A model generated the notes under the pieces. The model had not been told where the DNA came from and searched no databases. It was given only the letters and a program-made list of their open reading frames with translations. This document shows, one piece after another, positions 11,936 to 25,147 of a stretch of 64,000 nt of DNA. The stretch lies in assembly GCA_013239625.1 (NCBI GenBank), contig MU054187.1:4351757-4415756 (forward strand), in the 5' to 3' direction. Both the position numbers and the translations under genes were made by a program. This stretch comes from Lama guanicoe (lineage: Eukaryota). Each line of letters opens with the position of its first letter. Positions within the stretch are counted from its first letter, which is position 1.

Positions 11936-14900
11936 GTAACCTACAGTGTGAGTTATTAAAGGTTAGTATTATCCATTACCATATTCACAAAGAAAATGAG
12001 CACATCTATTTGCTTCATAATGACTCTAACTCAGTATTCTACCAAAAAGTACCACCCAAACTGAGCAAATTGTAAACTTCATGCTGTGCATATTCATGGA
12101 CTTAAGATGCCCACAATTCTGAAGAAAGGTACCTTGAATTGGGATCAGACACTTAGGTAAAGGATATCCGGTTTACAGAATACCTCCCACGTAGCAAGTG
12201 GTAATAAATAATAATTACTACTGTTACTTGATTTCCCATCACCATTCACTTGCCGAGTCCTAGACGATCTTCCTCCAAAAAGCTTCTCTCTCCGCTTCTG
12301 TCACAACCACCCTCACCCAGGCTGGCATCATCTCAGAACTTGATACTTTCCCACTGACTTCAGTCTCCCTGACCTTTCTGCTAAATCACCCTACAGCTAA
12401 GTCAGACTTCCTTAAATACCACTTTATACTAGCAACCATTGCCTCCCACTTTCTTAAGACACCTAACTCTAAGGTCTTTGATTCTCAAGACCACCCTCCA
12501 CAGTCTCCCTCTCCAGCCACCCTTAACTCCCACAGTTTGCCAATAAAAATTCTCTGTTCCCAGCAAGCCAGCTGTTCACAGAATCACGAGGTCTGTCAGG
12601 AAGCCAGCAGTGGGGACCAGGTGGAGTTCTTTCCTCCACCTACCCCTATCTTGCCAGTCATCGCATCCATGCTAACTGCCTCCTCTTCCAAACATTGTTT
12701 CCAAACCGCTCTAGCCTGCCTTAATTTCCCCTCAGCCAAACCTCAGAGCACTTCAGTCCCTCACCACCCAGTTCAACGTCATATATAAACAATAGATTAA
12801 TTACGCGTTGTCTCACAAAGTGCTTTAACCACTCCATGCATACCTCCTGTAAATCATCCTTTCTTTTCCAACAGATAATCTCCCCGAGGATAGAAAGTAT
12901 GTTTTATTCATCTCCTGCATTTTAAAAGGGCAGGCATGTAATATAATGAGTTCTCACATAGTGCACTGTTATTACCGTTAGTAAAATACAGGCGTTTTAG
13001 CTGAATTGTTTAATTTAATACAACAGCAGTCCCGTGGTAGATATTTATTATCCTCTATTATAAAGTTAAGTATTTTCAGATTTGAAAACAGTTATGTGCC
13101 ACGGGCGCAGAGCTACTGCACAGGACAGCCGTGAGTTGATTTCAGGCATGTCTGATCCCTGAGGCTTGACGGCGGCAGGTGTTCCACGCAAAGTGGACTG
13201 CTGAGAGGTGTTTGACACACACGTGCTCCAGTACAGCCTCAATAGCTTCCCCATCACTGAACACGGAACAGAGTCTCAAGTCTCCGAAAATACCTGTTGG
13301 TTGATTGACTATGGACAAATGTCACATAATTAGCCTAAAAAGCTTTTCAGATTTCAGTGGGTAGTGGAGCACATGACCACATTTTCCAAGAACACTGAGA
13401 ATTTTTTTTAGCTTATTTCCAACATAAAAATTTTCCTGATGGCAACTCTATAACTAACTCATTTGAATTTTTGCCAGCTAGTTTTGTCAAATCCAGGGGT
13501 TTGGGGTCTTTATTCTCTGAAATACTTAAATTTTTTGATGTTCATTTTACTGAGTCACCAAGACAATTTCTCCTTCTTACCACAAATTAAATGTACTACA
13601 ATTCTCTTTATGCTGCTCACATTGGGCTGGAAATTACAGTTGGTTTTATTCAAAGCTTTAGTCCCAGATACAAGAGAGTATAAAACTTCATTATTTAGAA
13701 CAGTGCTGTGATCTGATACCTGGAAATAAGGGGAAAGTCAGCTTATGCTCATTGAAAAATTAAAAAAAAGTTTTCTCAGGAAAAAGGTAAAACAAGAATC
13801 TTTAAAAAAAATTGGACTCTTAAAAATGAGACTTGGGTGCACCCAGCACTTTGTAGTACTGAGTAAACCAAGGGAAATGGAAGCTGACCAGGTTTCAAGT
13901 TTGACGACTGTTTCATTTGCTTCACTTTCGGAACCAACCAAACAGCTCAAACTCTTTCCGCTTGTGCGTGGCTGTGTTGTTACTGAAGACCAGGCAGTCA
14001 GTGTGTGATCTTCAGATTTCACCCAGTCTGACAGCTCCAGGGCACCAGCATCTGGGGAGTAAGCGCCCTTGACAGCTCTGCTGGGGTTTTGATGGTGAAC
14101 TAGACCAGAATGGGTCTGCCTCTGGGGTAGGACGTGTGGTCCCATCTGTTTCAGGCTGATGGTAATGAGTGAAGTCCTGCCTGGATAACAAGTCTGTTTG
14201 GAGCAGCAAACATCACCTAAAAAATATTAGAGATAAATGATACCTTCTTGAATGCCTGGTCTAGTACTTAGGGGCCAGTTTACATTTTTCCAATTAAAGT
14301 GTTTCATTCTTGGTTGCATTTGTGGTGAGGAAAAAAAGGGACACTTTAGAAAGGAGACCAAATCATTGGAGTAACGATATTTTAAGTATAAACAATGATT
14401 TCAGGGACAATGATAAATATTTAATCACTTTCTCTTTAATATCAATATCAAAATACTAATAATGATGAAATACAGTTAAAAAGTGGAGAAAAAGGAAGGT
14501 TGGAAGGAAGGAAAAAAGGAAAAAGATTTGTAATTTTTCAGGTTTACTGGCCAGTGCTTTTTTTCTCAACACCACAGCTATGTTATTAAAAGTATAGAAT
14601 GAAAATCCGTATGTATTAGGATGTGTTCATTATGCCCACAGCAACCCAGATTTGGAGTGAAAAATTAAGAAAAACTAATCATGACACAAAAATAGAATGA
14701 GAATTACAAATCTGATTTCTTTTGGCAGTATATAATATTTTTATCAGCCTTAGAAACTCAAAGGGAAAAATTCAAAATCAACCAAACCATTAGTAGATGG
14801 AAATGTCTTTTAAAGATGCAGCCATGAATTTAAACTTCCTGCGTACAATTTTAACAGTAGTGCTGTTTTTTCCCCAACATTTCCAGCATCTGTGGCTTTC

Positions 14901-15489
14901 AGCCCAGCCCCAAGCTGTCAGTCTAGGTGAGCACGTTTTAATGAAGGGAAGATTGGAAACACTGCTCTCTGAGCTGCATCATAGCATTTTCTAACGCAGT
15001 GCTTATTAGCATCTTGGTGTTAACACTTGATTTAAAAACCACTTTGAAACTTTGAATAAGGGTCATCAATATAATAATTTGACAACATTCATTCCACTTG
15101 GTAATAAAAAATAATTCTTTTTTGGATGCTCTTAGCATTATAGGAAAACAAGGGTATTCAAACGTCTCCAACACAAGTGCCAGCCCAAGGACACTTGTGT
15201 TCTAGTATACATTCCTGACCCACATTTGTGTTTAAAAAATACTAATTCCATTAGTCTCATAAATTTCACCCTTATAATTCCATTTATCTTTGTCATTAAT
15301 CTCATATGAGTACTGAGGATTAAAGAATTGAAGTATGATTCACTTAGAGGCAGTCTGTATAAACAGACTCTCAGCTAAAGCCAGTTAAATGTGATTTTAG
15401 GTTTCTAAAGAGGGCATGGATTATGAAAAATAAATTAGTCATTAAGACATCCAAGATGAGGGAATTACTCCAATCAAAAACACTCTGAT

Positions 15490-15766
15490 GACTCACAGAC
15501 ATAGAAAACAAATTTACAGTTACCAAAGGGGAAAGCAGAGGGGGCGGATAAATTAGGAGTTTGGGATTAACAGGCACACACTATTGCATATAAAATAGAT
15601 CTACAATAAGGACCTACTGCAGAGCACAGGGAACTATGTTCAATATCTTGTCATAACCTATAATGGAAAAGAATCTGAAAAACTGTGTATACACATGTAT
15701 AACTGAATCACTTTGCTGTACACCTGAAACTAACACAGCATTGTAAATTAACTATACTTCAATTTA
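15490..15766 (+). mobile_element. Young 5'-truncated L1 3' end
   Basis: GACTCACAGACATAGAAAACAAA...AACTATACTTCAAT; 14-bp TSD AAAAACACTCTGAT (15476-15489 / 15767-15780). Confidence 0.92.
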
Positions 15767-16539
15767 AAAAACACTCTGATAAGTTAGGAATTAAATAATG
15801 ACACAGTGTGGAGAAGAACAGAAGGTTTACAACCGTGACCTGCCCCCAGATCCGTTACACTGGGCTGGAAGAGGTGGGAGAGGAAACGACACATTTAGAG
15901 CATTAATGACAACATCCTACACACGTTCCCGCGACAGACCCTACAGTGCAGAAGATGCACACCCCTGTTTTCTGTTCGCTTTTTAAAATATATGCATTGT
16001 TTAAATTTGACTCAGAACTGAGTTAATTTAGTAAAGCAAAAAGTAAATTTGACTGTTGACCAGGTGCCGGCAATTCCCAAGCCTAATCAAACTGGTCAGC
16101 TGGCAAAACTACTGGAAGTGTCTTAGAGTGCTAACATTGTCACCGAATAGTAAAAATTCCATAACGAGTCAAAACTAGGACAGGTACCCTGATGTGGGTG
16201 AGTGAGAAATCGCACACTTTGTTGTTAATCGCTTGCTCAAAGTTGAGGGAAATCAGAATTTGTAGGATCTCTGCCGGACTCTAGGAAGCCGGGAGGTCCG
16301 TGCATCCCACTGGCTGGCCGCTCTCCTCACCCAGCCTTCCATTTCTTTGAGAACCAACCCTGTGAATGTCTAGCGAAATGTCACTTCCTCCAGGAAAGCG
16401 TCCCTGAATTTTCCCAACTCTGAAAGCGCACAGTTCTCTCTTTTTCCTGTGCTTGATGGCACACATCCCAGCAGCCTTGTGCACACAGAACAAAGACGGA
16501 CTCTTCACCTTGGAATTCCCAATGTTTCAGAAATGAGCA

Positions 16540-16690
16540 GTAACAATAACTAACTAGTGCCCAGCACTCACCACGTGCCAGGCGCTGGTCTAGGCTCTGT
16601 GTGTGTGTTAACTCACATCCCTCTCATGACATCCCTCGGGCAGGTGATACTTTGATCTCCACTTTTCAAGGGAGGAAACTGAAGCACAGA
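16540..16690 (-). mobile_element. MIR SINE
   Basis: CCACGTGCCAGGCGCTG...TCTCCACTTTTCAAGGGAGGAAACTGAAGCACAGA, antisense MIR core. Confidence 0.7.
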
Positions 16691-16856
16691 ATCCACAGGG
16701 AGGTCGCCCGGCAGGTACTGAACCGCCTCACCTGTGGCACGCTAGGCACTCACGGTCCGTGACCGTGCCTAGACGTCCTATTTGACCAACCACCCGAAAC
16801 CAGCCACAGAGAGTTTCCTGAAGTCTCTGCACCCTTAACGCCTCATTCTTGTAAGG

Positions 16857-16889
16857 GGTGTGTGTGTGTGTGGGTGTGTGTGTGTGTGT
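16857..16889 (+). repeat. (TG)n microsatellite
   Basis: Interrupted TG run read directly. Confidence 0.95.
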
Positions 16890-16929
16890 AAAATCTAAAT
16901 CTATTTAGCCTCATAAAATGCAAATTTCT

Positions 16930-17076
16930 GGGAGGGAGGGTATAGCTCAGAGGTAGAGTGTGTGCCTAGCATGCATGAGGTCCTGGGTTCAATCTCTAGT
17001 ACCTCTGTTAAAAAAAATACATACATAACCCTAGTTATCTGACCCTCCCCCCTCCCCCAAAAAAACCCAAAAACAA
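16930..17076 (+). mobile_element. tRNA-derived SINE (Vic-1-like)
   Basis: tRNA-like head; 13-bp TSD AAAATGCAAATTT (16915-16927 / 17077-17089). Confidence 0.92.
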
Positions 17077-17394
17077 AAAATGCAAATTTATTTCCAGAGT
17101 GTTAAGACTTAGTACCAAACCAACGCCGTCCTGGCAGACTCCCGCGGCCTGGCCTAGCAGCTTGAGGCGACCTGCCTGTAACGCAGCAGTGTGGTGCCGG
17201 GACCCACCCAGGGCCCTGGGTCACTGCCGTCCTGGCGGAGAAGGTGCCGCTCCAGGTGGCTACGCATGTGTGCTCTCAGAAGAAAAAAAGTAACTTCCTT
17301 AGTCCATTTTCTTTCTCCTCGTTTTTATTTTCTTTTAAGTATATTGGTTCTTTTTGTTTACACGGTAGCCAAATCATTCTGGTTTTGTGCATTT

Positions 17395-17941
17395 TGTGTT
17401 ACTTTTCTATTGCTGTCGGAACAAGCACACACGCAAACAACACAACTGTGTGGCCTCCAGTTTGCGGGTCAGAAGTCCCGGTGGGCTCGGCAGGTTTCTC
17501 CGCCCCACGCTTCACAGAGCAGGAATCAAGGTGGCAGAGGGGTTCAGTCTGCTTGGAGGCTAACTCGGGTACTGGCTGGATGCAGCTCCTTGCAGCGCCG
17601 AGGTCCGCCGGCTTCTCGGGGGTGCTCCACATGCCTTAGCCGCACTCACCCCCCTCCTTCCGAAAGCCAGCCACAGGTCCCTCTCCCAGTGGGAAGCTCT
17701 CTGACCCCACCCTGTGCCTCCGAACTCTGACCCTCTCCCTTCGTTTCTGTGGTTTAAGGCCTCTGGGATTACCCTGGGCCCAAACCAATAATCCAGGATA
17801 ATCTGCCTATTTTAAGGTTAGCTGATAAGTAACCTTAACGCCATCTGAAGAGCCCCTTCACCGCAGTATCTAAATGCGCGTTGGCTTGAATAACCAGAGG
17901 ACAGGAATTCTGGGGGCACCTTCAGAATTCTGCCAACCACA
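17395..17941 (-). mobile_element. MaLR LTR (MLT1E/F-like)
   Basis: TTTCTATTGCTG start; ATAATCCAGGATAATCT...ATTTTAAGGTTAGCTGAT...AGAATTCTGCCAACCACA end. Confidence 0.75.
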
Positions 17942-20149
17942 CCTTGTGGCCCCTCCAAGTGTAAAGGTGCAAATGTTTCCTCAGCAGATGTTAAGAATTC
18001 TTGTGTTTTTTAGTTTTTTCACTCCACATTCTGTGTTTTTCACCTTAATAGTTATGTTACCTATTCACAACGAATACATTAACACCAGAAACTTAGATAA
18101 TTATAATTCTGATAAAAAGGTGTTTTTAACCAATGAGTGTATTACTTTATACAACACCCCTTTATGATTTATAAATATACTAATTGGATGATATGAAATA
18201 TATGAATATGTATATTAATTTCTGGAGCTTTTTTAAACTAGCAATAAAACCATCTTTAAGAATAATTTCAACATCATGATTAAATTTTGCTTCAGATCTT
18301 ACATGCAGCACCGTGATTCTTACGGGAAAAGACCTCAGCGAGTAGATGGGCCACAGCCTCTGTGTGCTGAATGGCATCGTGCACTTGGGGCATTAGAGGA
18401 AGACAGTGTTGGTCTTTCTCAAAAGTCTCCCCCAGTTGCTCTCCTGCGTCAGACTCCGAGTATTTCCTCTCCTCTGACATTCCCACTGCTGCAACCAAAG
18501 GCCACTTCCTCTTGGTCTGTCAACAGTGGAAATTGAAAACAGCTGCTCACCAACCTCTGGCTCATAGGTTCTCTGCGTGCCTTGGTTATCAGGGCTTGAA
18601 GGACACCTCGGATACCTGAAGAGGTCATGGAGGAGAAGAATGTTGAAGCTGAAAGGGGCCTCAGGAATCATCTAGTCCAATTTCCATCCAAGGCAGGAGT
18701 CCCGTCTGTAACTCCCATTCTCCGGTTACCCTGTGGCCTCTGCCCAGACACTTCCAGGACAGGGAATTCATGGTCCCGACAGCAGCCTATTTCTCATTTA
18801 GATTACCTGAATTGTTAGAAACGTTGTTCTTATATTTAACTGGAATCTGTCTTTTCTACACGGCCTTATTCTGTTATCTACCATCAGAGAGACTGCATTC
18901 ATGCACTTCCTTCTGTTCAGCAGTTCACCTATATGAAGAGAGCTCTCCTGTTCCCCTAAACGGTTTACTCCAGCTTAAACTTTACCATTTGTTCATGTAA
19001 AGTGATTTACATTCATCTTACTACCCATTTTATTAATATCTGCATGCTCTTTATGAATGCCTCTCTTTAAAAGAAAATATGCAAATAACAAAATACTGTA
19101 CAGTTCAGTAAAAATAAATGACCTACAGTTACAAGCAAAAATATGGCTGGAACTTACAAACAGAATACTCAGTAAAAGAGGCAGGACTCAAAAGAACACA
19201 AGATATTTCCATTCTTATAAATTCAAAATCTAACTTGTTTAAGATTGCATATACAGATGATATGTTTATAAGGAAATGCCAGTTAACAATTATAAAAGCA
19301 TGGAAGTGCTTCCTTCTTGAGAAAGAACGAAGGTGTGGCCAGGCCAGGCCATGCGGCAGCTTTGGGGGGTGTTTTGGAGCATTAGCCGTGTTCTATTTCT
19401 TGACCCTAGTGGGGATTTCATGGTATTCACCTTACAGTTTCATTAATTGTACATACACTTTGGAGCCACTGTTTTGAATGTACGTTATATTTTGAATTTG
19501 TGCCCAGCTGTTAGCATTTCACTCTAAAAATGTGGATACATACGTTGTGACTGAACAGTTCGTTTTCCAGGACATTGTCCCAAGCAAACAATTAAGAATA
19601 TATACAAAATTTGGCTCAACGTGTGTTTAACACAATTATGATTATAATAGGCAAAAATGCCCAGAGTAAATTAAATACTCAAAGTTAGTTTGAGTTATTT
19701 ATGACATATGTATACATTGATAGAAAAATATTCACTTTTTTTTGCTGAATATAAAAAAATAAGATGCAAATCTGTATGATGACATTTTTTAGAAAATCTG
19801 AAAAGATTTCAGTTAAATATTGAGAGCATTTCTTGAAGGCTTAATATGGTTTTATTTTCTTCCTCTTTGTCATCTCTGCTTTTGGATTATTCTCTAATGA
19901 TATGTGCATTATACTATTTTGTAATGCACATGTTATTAAAAATAAAAATAAAATGTAATGGACCTCATGTACATAATACTCTGAATGCTGTGGATCCTGG
20001 CCACTTGCATCCAACACGGAGTCCACCCCTCAGTGCAGCCAGTTTTGCACAGACTTTTTAGGAACAACTGGAGGACACTGTGTGACAAAAGAAATGGGAA
20101 GGTCAAGTTAAACACAAGACCAGCTGAATTCAATCCACATCTTTTTTAA

Positions 20150-22330
20150 TTTAGCTTTTTAAACCGTAGTTACTCAAAAGCATTAAGAGTTAAGCAGTCT
20201 TGTCAAAACAAAGCCTTGTTAGAAGAAGAACAAGTACCAGGCTCCCCCCTTTCCCTCTTTCCCACCTCCCAGATGTAACAATCTCAGCTCTTTCTGCTGA
20301 TTCTCCTAGGACGTGCCTCCCTCCTCTAAAGGACATGTCTCTGTGGCTTCATTTCGTGGCTTTGGGCATCATCCACGGGCTTCCCACTACAGAAGGTGAA
20401 GACGTACCCCTTTTCACTGCTGCGCATTCCTGTCCTCACAACCTCGCAGTGTCACAATTTTGGTTATAGCTATGTAGTGTTGACGTCATCATGACAAGAA
20501 TGCAATACGGCTGAGTCACGTTGTGTTCATCACCGAAACCCTTTGTGTTTTCCTTGGAGTTAATCATTGTTTTGTTGGTTCATTTGCTTGGTTTTCAAGG
20601 TTCTTATCTTCCCCAGTTGTATAAACCCCAAACGCATCCCCAGTTGTATAAACCTCCTCTCAATTCATTCAATACATTCTCTATTTATCAAGTTAAAAAA
20701 AATTTTTTTTTTTTTTAAGAAATCATTCCCAGAGCTTCTGACTGTCTCTCATCAGACCTGGCTGCTCACTCCGACCTCTGTTATCACCCTGGGTATTCCT
20801 CTCACTCCTCTCCCGTGTCCACCTGTATCTCAGATCCCATGACTTTCTCCTTCTTGACACGTTTATGCCCACATTTTGGCAGAACACTCTCCTTTGTAGC
20901 TTCCTAAAAGTGGGTGCATGGAAGGTCATTCCTTTTGAGATTTTGAATGTCCCAAACGCCTTTATTCTACCTTCTCACTTAATTGGTGGTTATTGTAAGC
21001 AGAGAAGTCTAAGCTGGAAGCATTTTCCCTCAGAATTGGGAAAGCATTTCTCCACTGTCTCCCAGTTTCCAATGTTGCAAGTAGTAAGTCTGATACCACT
21101 TAGGTGGCCTTGAGTCCTTCAGTTCTGGAATAGCCTTGAGTTCCTCCTTTAATAATTTCTCCACCTCTGTTTCCGTGTGTCTTTCTTCCTGAGTCCTCTC
21201 TTATTCCGATGTTGAAACTTCTGGAATAGTCTTTCAGTCTTTTTATCTTTTCTAACTATTGTCCATGCTTTGCCTTTCGCTTGACTTTCTGAGAGCTTTA
21301 TTCAGCTTCATCTCCCAATCATTCCATTGAGGTTTCCATCTGCCAGTATATTTTTAATTTCAAAGAGCACTTATTTTGATCTGTGAGTGTTCTTTTCTTG
21401 GTAGCACCCTATCCTTATCTCATCAATGAAATAGCTTCCCTATCTCTCTGATAATAGTTTCATCTGATTTTTTTTACATTGTCTTCCTTTTGTATTGTCT
21501 CTGTTTCTTCTAAATTGCTTTTCTTTTTCTCCCTCTTGTTTTGATCTCTTTTTATCCTGTGATTCTTGGTTAGGCACCAAAAAGCTGATTGGAAGCTCTA
21601 CAAAAGAGAATAAGGCTTTTCAATGACGGGTGTCACTGTAGGGCCGTCTGGCTGAGCGCATTAGTTGGAGAACCTCCAATGTTCATACCTTTGGATCTTT
21701 TTTCCTGAGGTCATTTTCTTTGGCAAAGAAGAGTTTTCTAATCTCTGCCTGGAGTCAGGAGGCCAGCAAACCAGGTCTAGCAGGGGGAAGAAGCCTGGAA
21801 GTGGTGGCAAGGGGGTCTCAGTAGTCCACACGTGCACACTGTTCCGTAACTGCCCCATTATCACTGGAGAACATTGGCTTTCAGCCCCACCGTGCATCCT
21901 CCAGTCCAGCCAGAGGCACCAGCTCAGCTGCTCAGGAGACTGACATCCAGTCTTCCACCAGGACTCTGGGAGCTACCAGTTTCTTAAAAACACTCTTAAG
22001 AAGCCGTTCAGATTCTAGCTTCTCTTTTCAGTCGTCTTCCAGGGGTACTTGGTGCTGCCAATTCTTAGCTTTGATGATCTTCGCCAGTGTAAATCCATGC
22101 TTCTCAGCTTTTCTACAGCCAACTGAGATTCAGCTTTCTTAAGTCTGCCAGGTCAGTAACCATTTGCCCATCTGCTTTCTAGCTTTCCAGTTATCCTCTT
22201 CTCTCCCATTTTCTTTGCCCTTGTCAGTGTGTGTGTATATATATATACATTTTATATATATATATAAAATACTCCAATTTATTAGGGATTTGACAAGGTG
22301 CGCAGATAAATAAACCTGTCTACTTTGCTG
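20150..22330 (-). mobile_element. Old, degraded L1 (L1M-type), antisense
   Basis: Long T-rich tract with antisense L1-like motifs (CCTTTATTCTACCTTCTCACTTAATTGGTGGTT, TTTTTAATTTCAAAGAGC). Confidence 0.5.
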
Positions 22331-22414
22331 TCTTAATTGGAAACTACCTATATGTTTTGTCATATGAACTTCTCTCATGACAGATTTTTCCATATTTTAT
22401 GTGTTCCAATCTAT

Positions 22415-22766
22415 CCTTTTTTTCAGCAAAGTGATTCAGTTATACATATCCATATACATATTATTTTCCAGATTCTTTTTCATTATAGGTTATTAAAAGA
22501 TATTCAGTATAGTTCCCCATGCTATCCAGTAGGTCTTTGTTGTTTATTCATTTTATATATAGTAGTATGTGTATGTTAATCCCAAACTGCTCATTTATCC
22601 TTTCCCACAACCCTTTTCCCCTTTGGTAACCATAGTGTGTTTTCTCTGTCTGTGAGTCTATTTCTGGTTTGTAAATAAGTTCATTTGTATCTTTTTTTTT
22701 TAGATTCCACATATAAGTGGTGTCATATGATATTTGTAGATATCTATGGAGAAAGACAAATATACA
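22415..22766 (-). mobile_element. Young L1 3' UTR fragment with TSD
   Basis: Antisense L1 3'UTR to TAGATTCCACATATAAGTG; TSD TTCCAATCTAT (22404-22414 / 22767-22777). Confidence 0.85.
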
Positions 22767-23019
22767 TTCCAATCTATTTCTTGGAAAAAAAAACAGTAAG
22801 CATGTCTACTTTTAAATTTTAGTCTTGTGCTTTTTGCCCATTTTTCATTCTTTTAAGGTAATTTGGAAACTCAGTCATGCAGTAGGAATGACAATAAAAA
22901 TGAAGAGAGCTATTATTTTCTATGTATCCGGCACTACATCAGATCAAATTAGTATGTATCCCTCATAGTTGTGTGTTACCTGCACATCTGATTACCATGT
23001 TCTTTGTCTTCATTTAAGT

Positions 23020-23238
23020 CATGGGTTGGGGGACTACAGCCCGTGACCCAAACCTGGCCTGCTTCCCCTTCTGTAAGTAGTTTTATGGGGGCTCAGCCAT
23101 GCTCATCTGTCTACATACTGTCTGTCGCTCCTCTTGTGCTGCATGACAGAGCAGAGTGGTTGCAGGAAAGACCACATGATCTGAAAAGCCAAGATTACTT
23201 ACTCTCTGGCCCTTTGCAGAAAAAGTTTGCCAACCTCC
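23020..23238 (+). mobile_element. MER58A-like hAT MITE
   Basis: ACTACAGCCCGTG...CAGCCATGCTCAT...TCTGGCCCTTTGCAGAAAAAGTTTGCCAACC. Confidence 0.8.
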
Positions 23239-24520
23239 GCTTTAAGTTATTGATAAAAGGTATTAAATATGACAAGGCTAGGTCTAATCCCATTGGTGAG
23301 GCTCCAGCCTCCCTGTTGGCTGACAGTGATTCATCAACCAGGACATTTAGACAACTAACAATAGATCTTATGTAAACGTTACCCACAGGAAATTATCTCT
23401 TCCAAATTTGAGACTCTTTAGCTGAGGACATATGGGGTCCCTTGTGGCTGCTGGGAGCACCTGAATGCTCTGCACCCAGCAGGTTTATGGTGGAGCATGT
23501 CTGTGTGACCATAGACAGTGTTGACCACTGCTTCTACACTCTAGTGGGTATACGTCTCTTGAGGGCCACTGATGAATGATGGTTCTGCCATCTCTCTCCC
23601 ACGAAATCCTCTCTATCATGTAGCATTTTGATCACCCTTTTCCTTACCTGTCAGAAGTGATTCTAGTCATTAATAAGAATAATTTATTTGCATATTTTCT
23701 TAGACCTCAGCTTATATACTAAGGATAAAATAGTGTAAGCCCAATGCTTCTGCTTGCCCCACACAAGGTACACACTCAGTAAGAGCCATACTTACAAATT
23801 ATTTCTTTTCACACAAACCATAAGGTGGAGAGGGCCCCAGTGAATGAGGATTTTCTCCACTTTCAGGAACTTATAATGATTTACTGCCTGATATATAGCT
23901 CCTTCAAGAATCAAGCTGTATTCTCATTCCCATTTTGTAGATGAATAAACAAAGTTCAGAATGATTAAATATCCTGCCAAAGGTCTCAGAACAGAGCCAG
24001 GATTCAAACTTAGATCTTCTGCCTAAGAATTCCATGTGCTTTCTAACAAGCCATGCTGCCTGTCCAAAAACTCTTTGTTTTGTTCTTTTTTGTTTTCATT
24101 CTCTAATGCTATCAATCTAGTATTCTATTAAAAAACAAAACCAGAAAACTACAACTAAAATCTTATGTGGTTCATATTATACTTCTATTGCACAGCACTG
24201 ATTTACAGATTCAATGTAGTCCTAATCAAAATTCTAGCAGGCTTTATTGCAGAAATTGGCAAGCTAATTCTAAAATGCTTATGGCAGTGCAAAGGTCCAG
24301 GAAAAGGCAAAACAAATTTGACAAAGGACAGTTATGGGACACACAGTCTCTAATTTCAAGACTTACTATTCAGCTGTAGTAAGACAATGTGAGATTAGCA
24401 TAAGGATAGACCAAGTGGAAAAAAATAGAGAACAGAAGTGGATCTTCACTTCCATAGGCAATAGACTTTTAACACATACCAAGATAACTCAAGGAAAGGA
24501 CAGTATTTATAATAAATGAT

Positions 24521-24660
24521 GGCGGGAGGATATAGCTCAGTGGTAGAGTGCATACTTAGCATGCACAAGGTCCTGGGTTCAATCCCCAGTACCTTCTCTA
24601 AAAATAAATAAATAAGTGAACTTAATCATCTCCTTCCAAAAAAATAAAAAATAAAAGAAA
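24521..24660 (+). mobile_element. tRNA-derived SINE (Vic-1-like)
   Basis: tRNA-like head; 15-bp TSD TATAATAAATGATGG (24508-24522 / 24661-24675). Confidence 0.93.
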
Positions 24661-25109
24661 TATAATAAATGATGGAACATTTGTATATCTGTATGCAAAA
24701 ATAAAAATAGAATAGAAATGAAGCTTGACCCTTACCTAACATCAAATTTAAACATTAATTTGAAATAAATAATAGACTAAACTTAATGATAATCAAATAG
24801 AAAATCATTATAAGATATATTCATGAAGTTGGGATAAGAAAAGATTCCTTGATAGAACACAAAAAGTCTAAATTATAAAATAAAAGTTGATAAATTGAAC
24901 TTTATCAAAATAAAAACATTTGATTTTTGAAAGATACTGCTAAAAAAAGGAAAAGGCAGGCCACAAACTGGAAAGACAGAGCCTCAATATATAAATCTCA
25001 TCAAAAATCTGTATCTAGAATTTATAAGGAAATTTTATAGTTCAGTAATAAGAAAACAAAAAGAAACATAATAAACAATGAGCAAAGATTTGAATTGTTC
25101 CATCCCAAA

Positions 25110-25112
<3 letters not shown>

Positions 25113-25144
<32 letters not shown>
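25113..25144 (+). repeat. (CA)n microsatellite
   Basis: CA run read directly. Confidence 0.95.

Positions 25145-25147
<3 letters not shown>

Noticed and set aside
15171..15202. Hairpin AACACAAGTG...CACTTGTGTT
   Set aside because: Only a 10-bp stem; plausible by chance in 64 kb.
17099..17730. ORFs of 131 and 179 aa
   Set aside because: They run through an MLT1 LTR and a T-rich linker; GC richness explains the scarcity of stops.
20612..20655. Short direct repeat CCCAGTTGTATAAACC x2
   Set aside because: A micro-duplication inside old L1; two units only, not an array.
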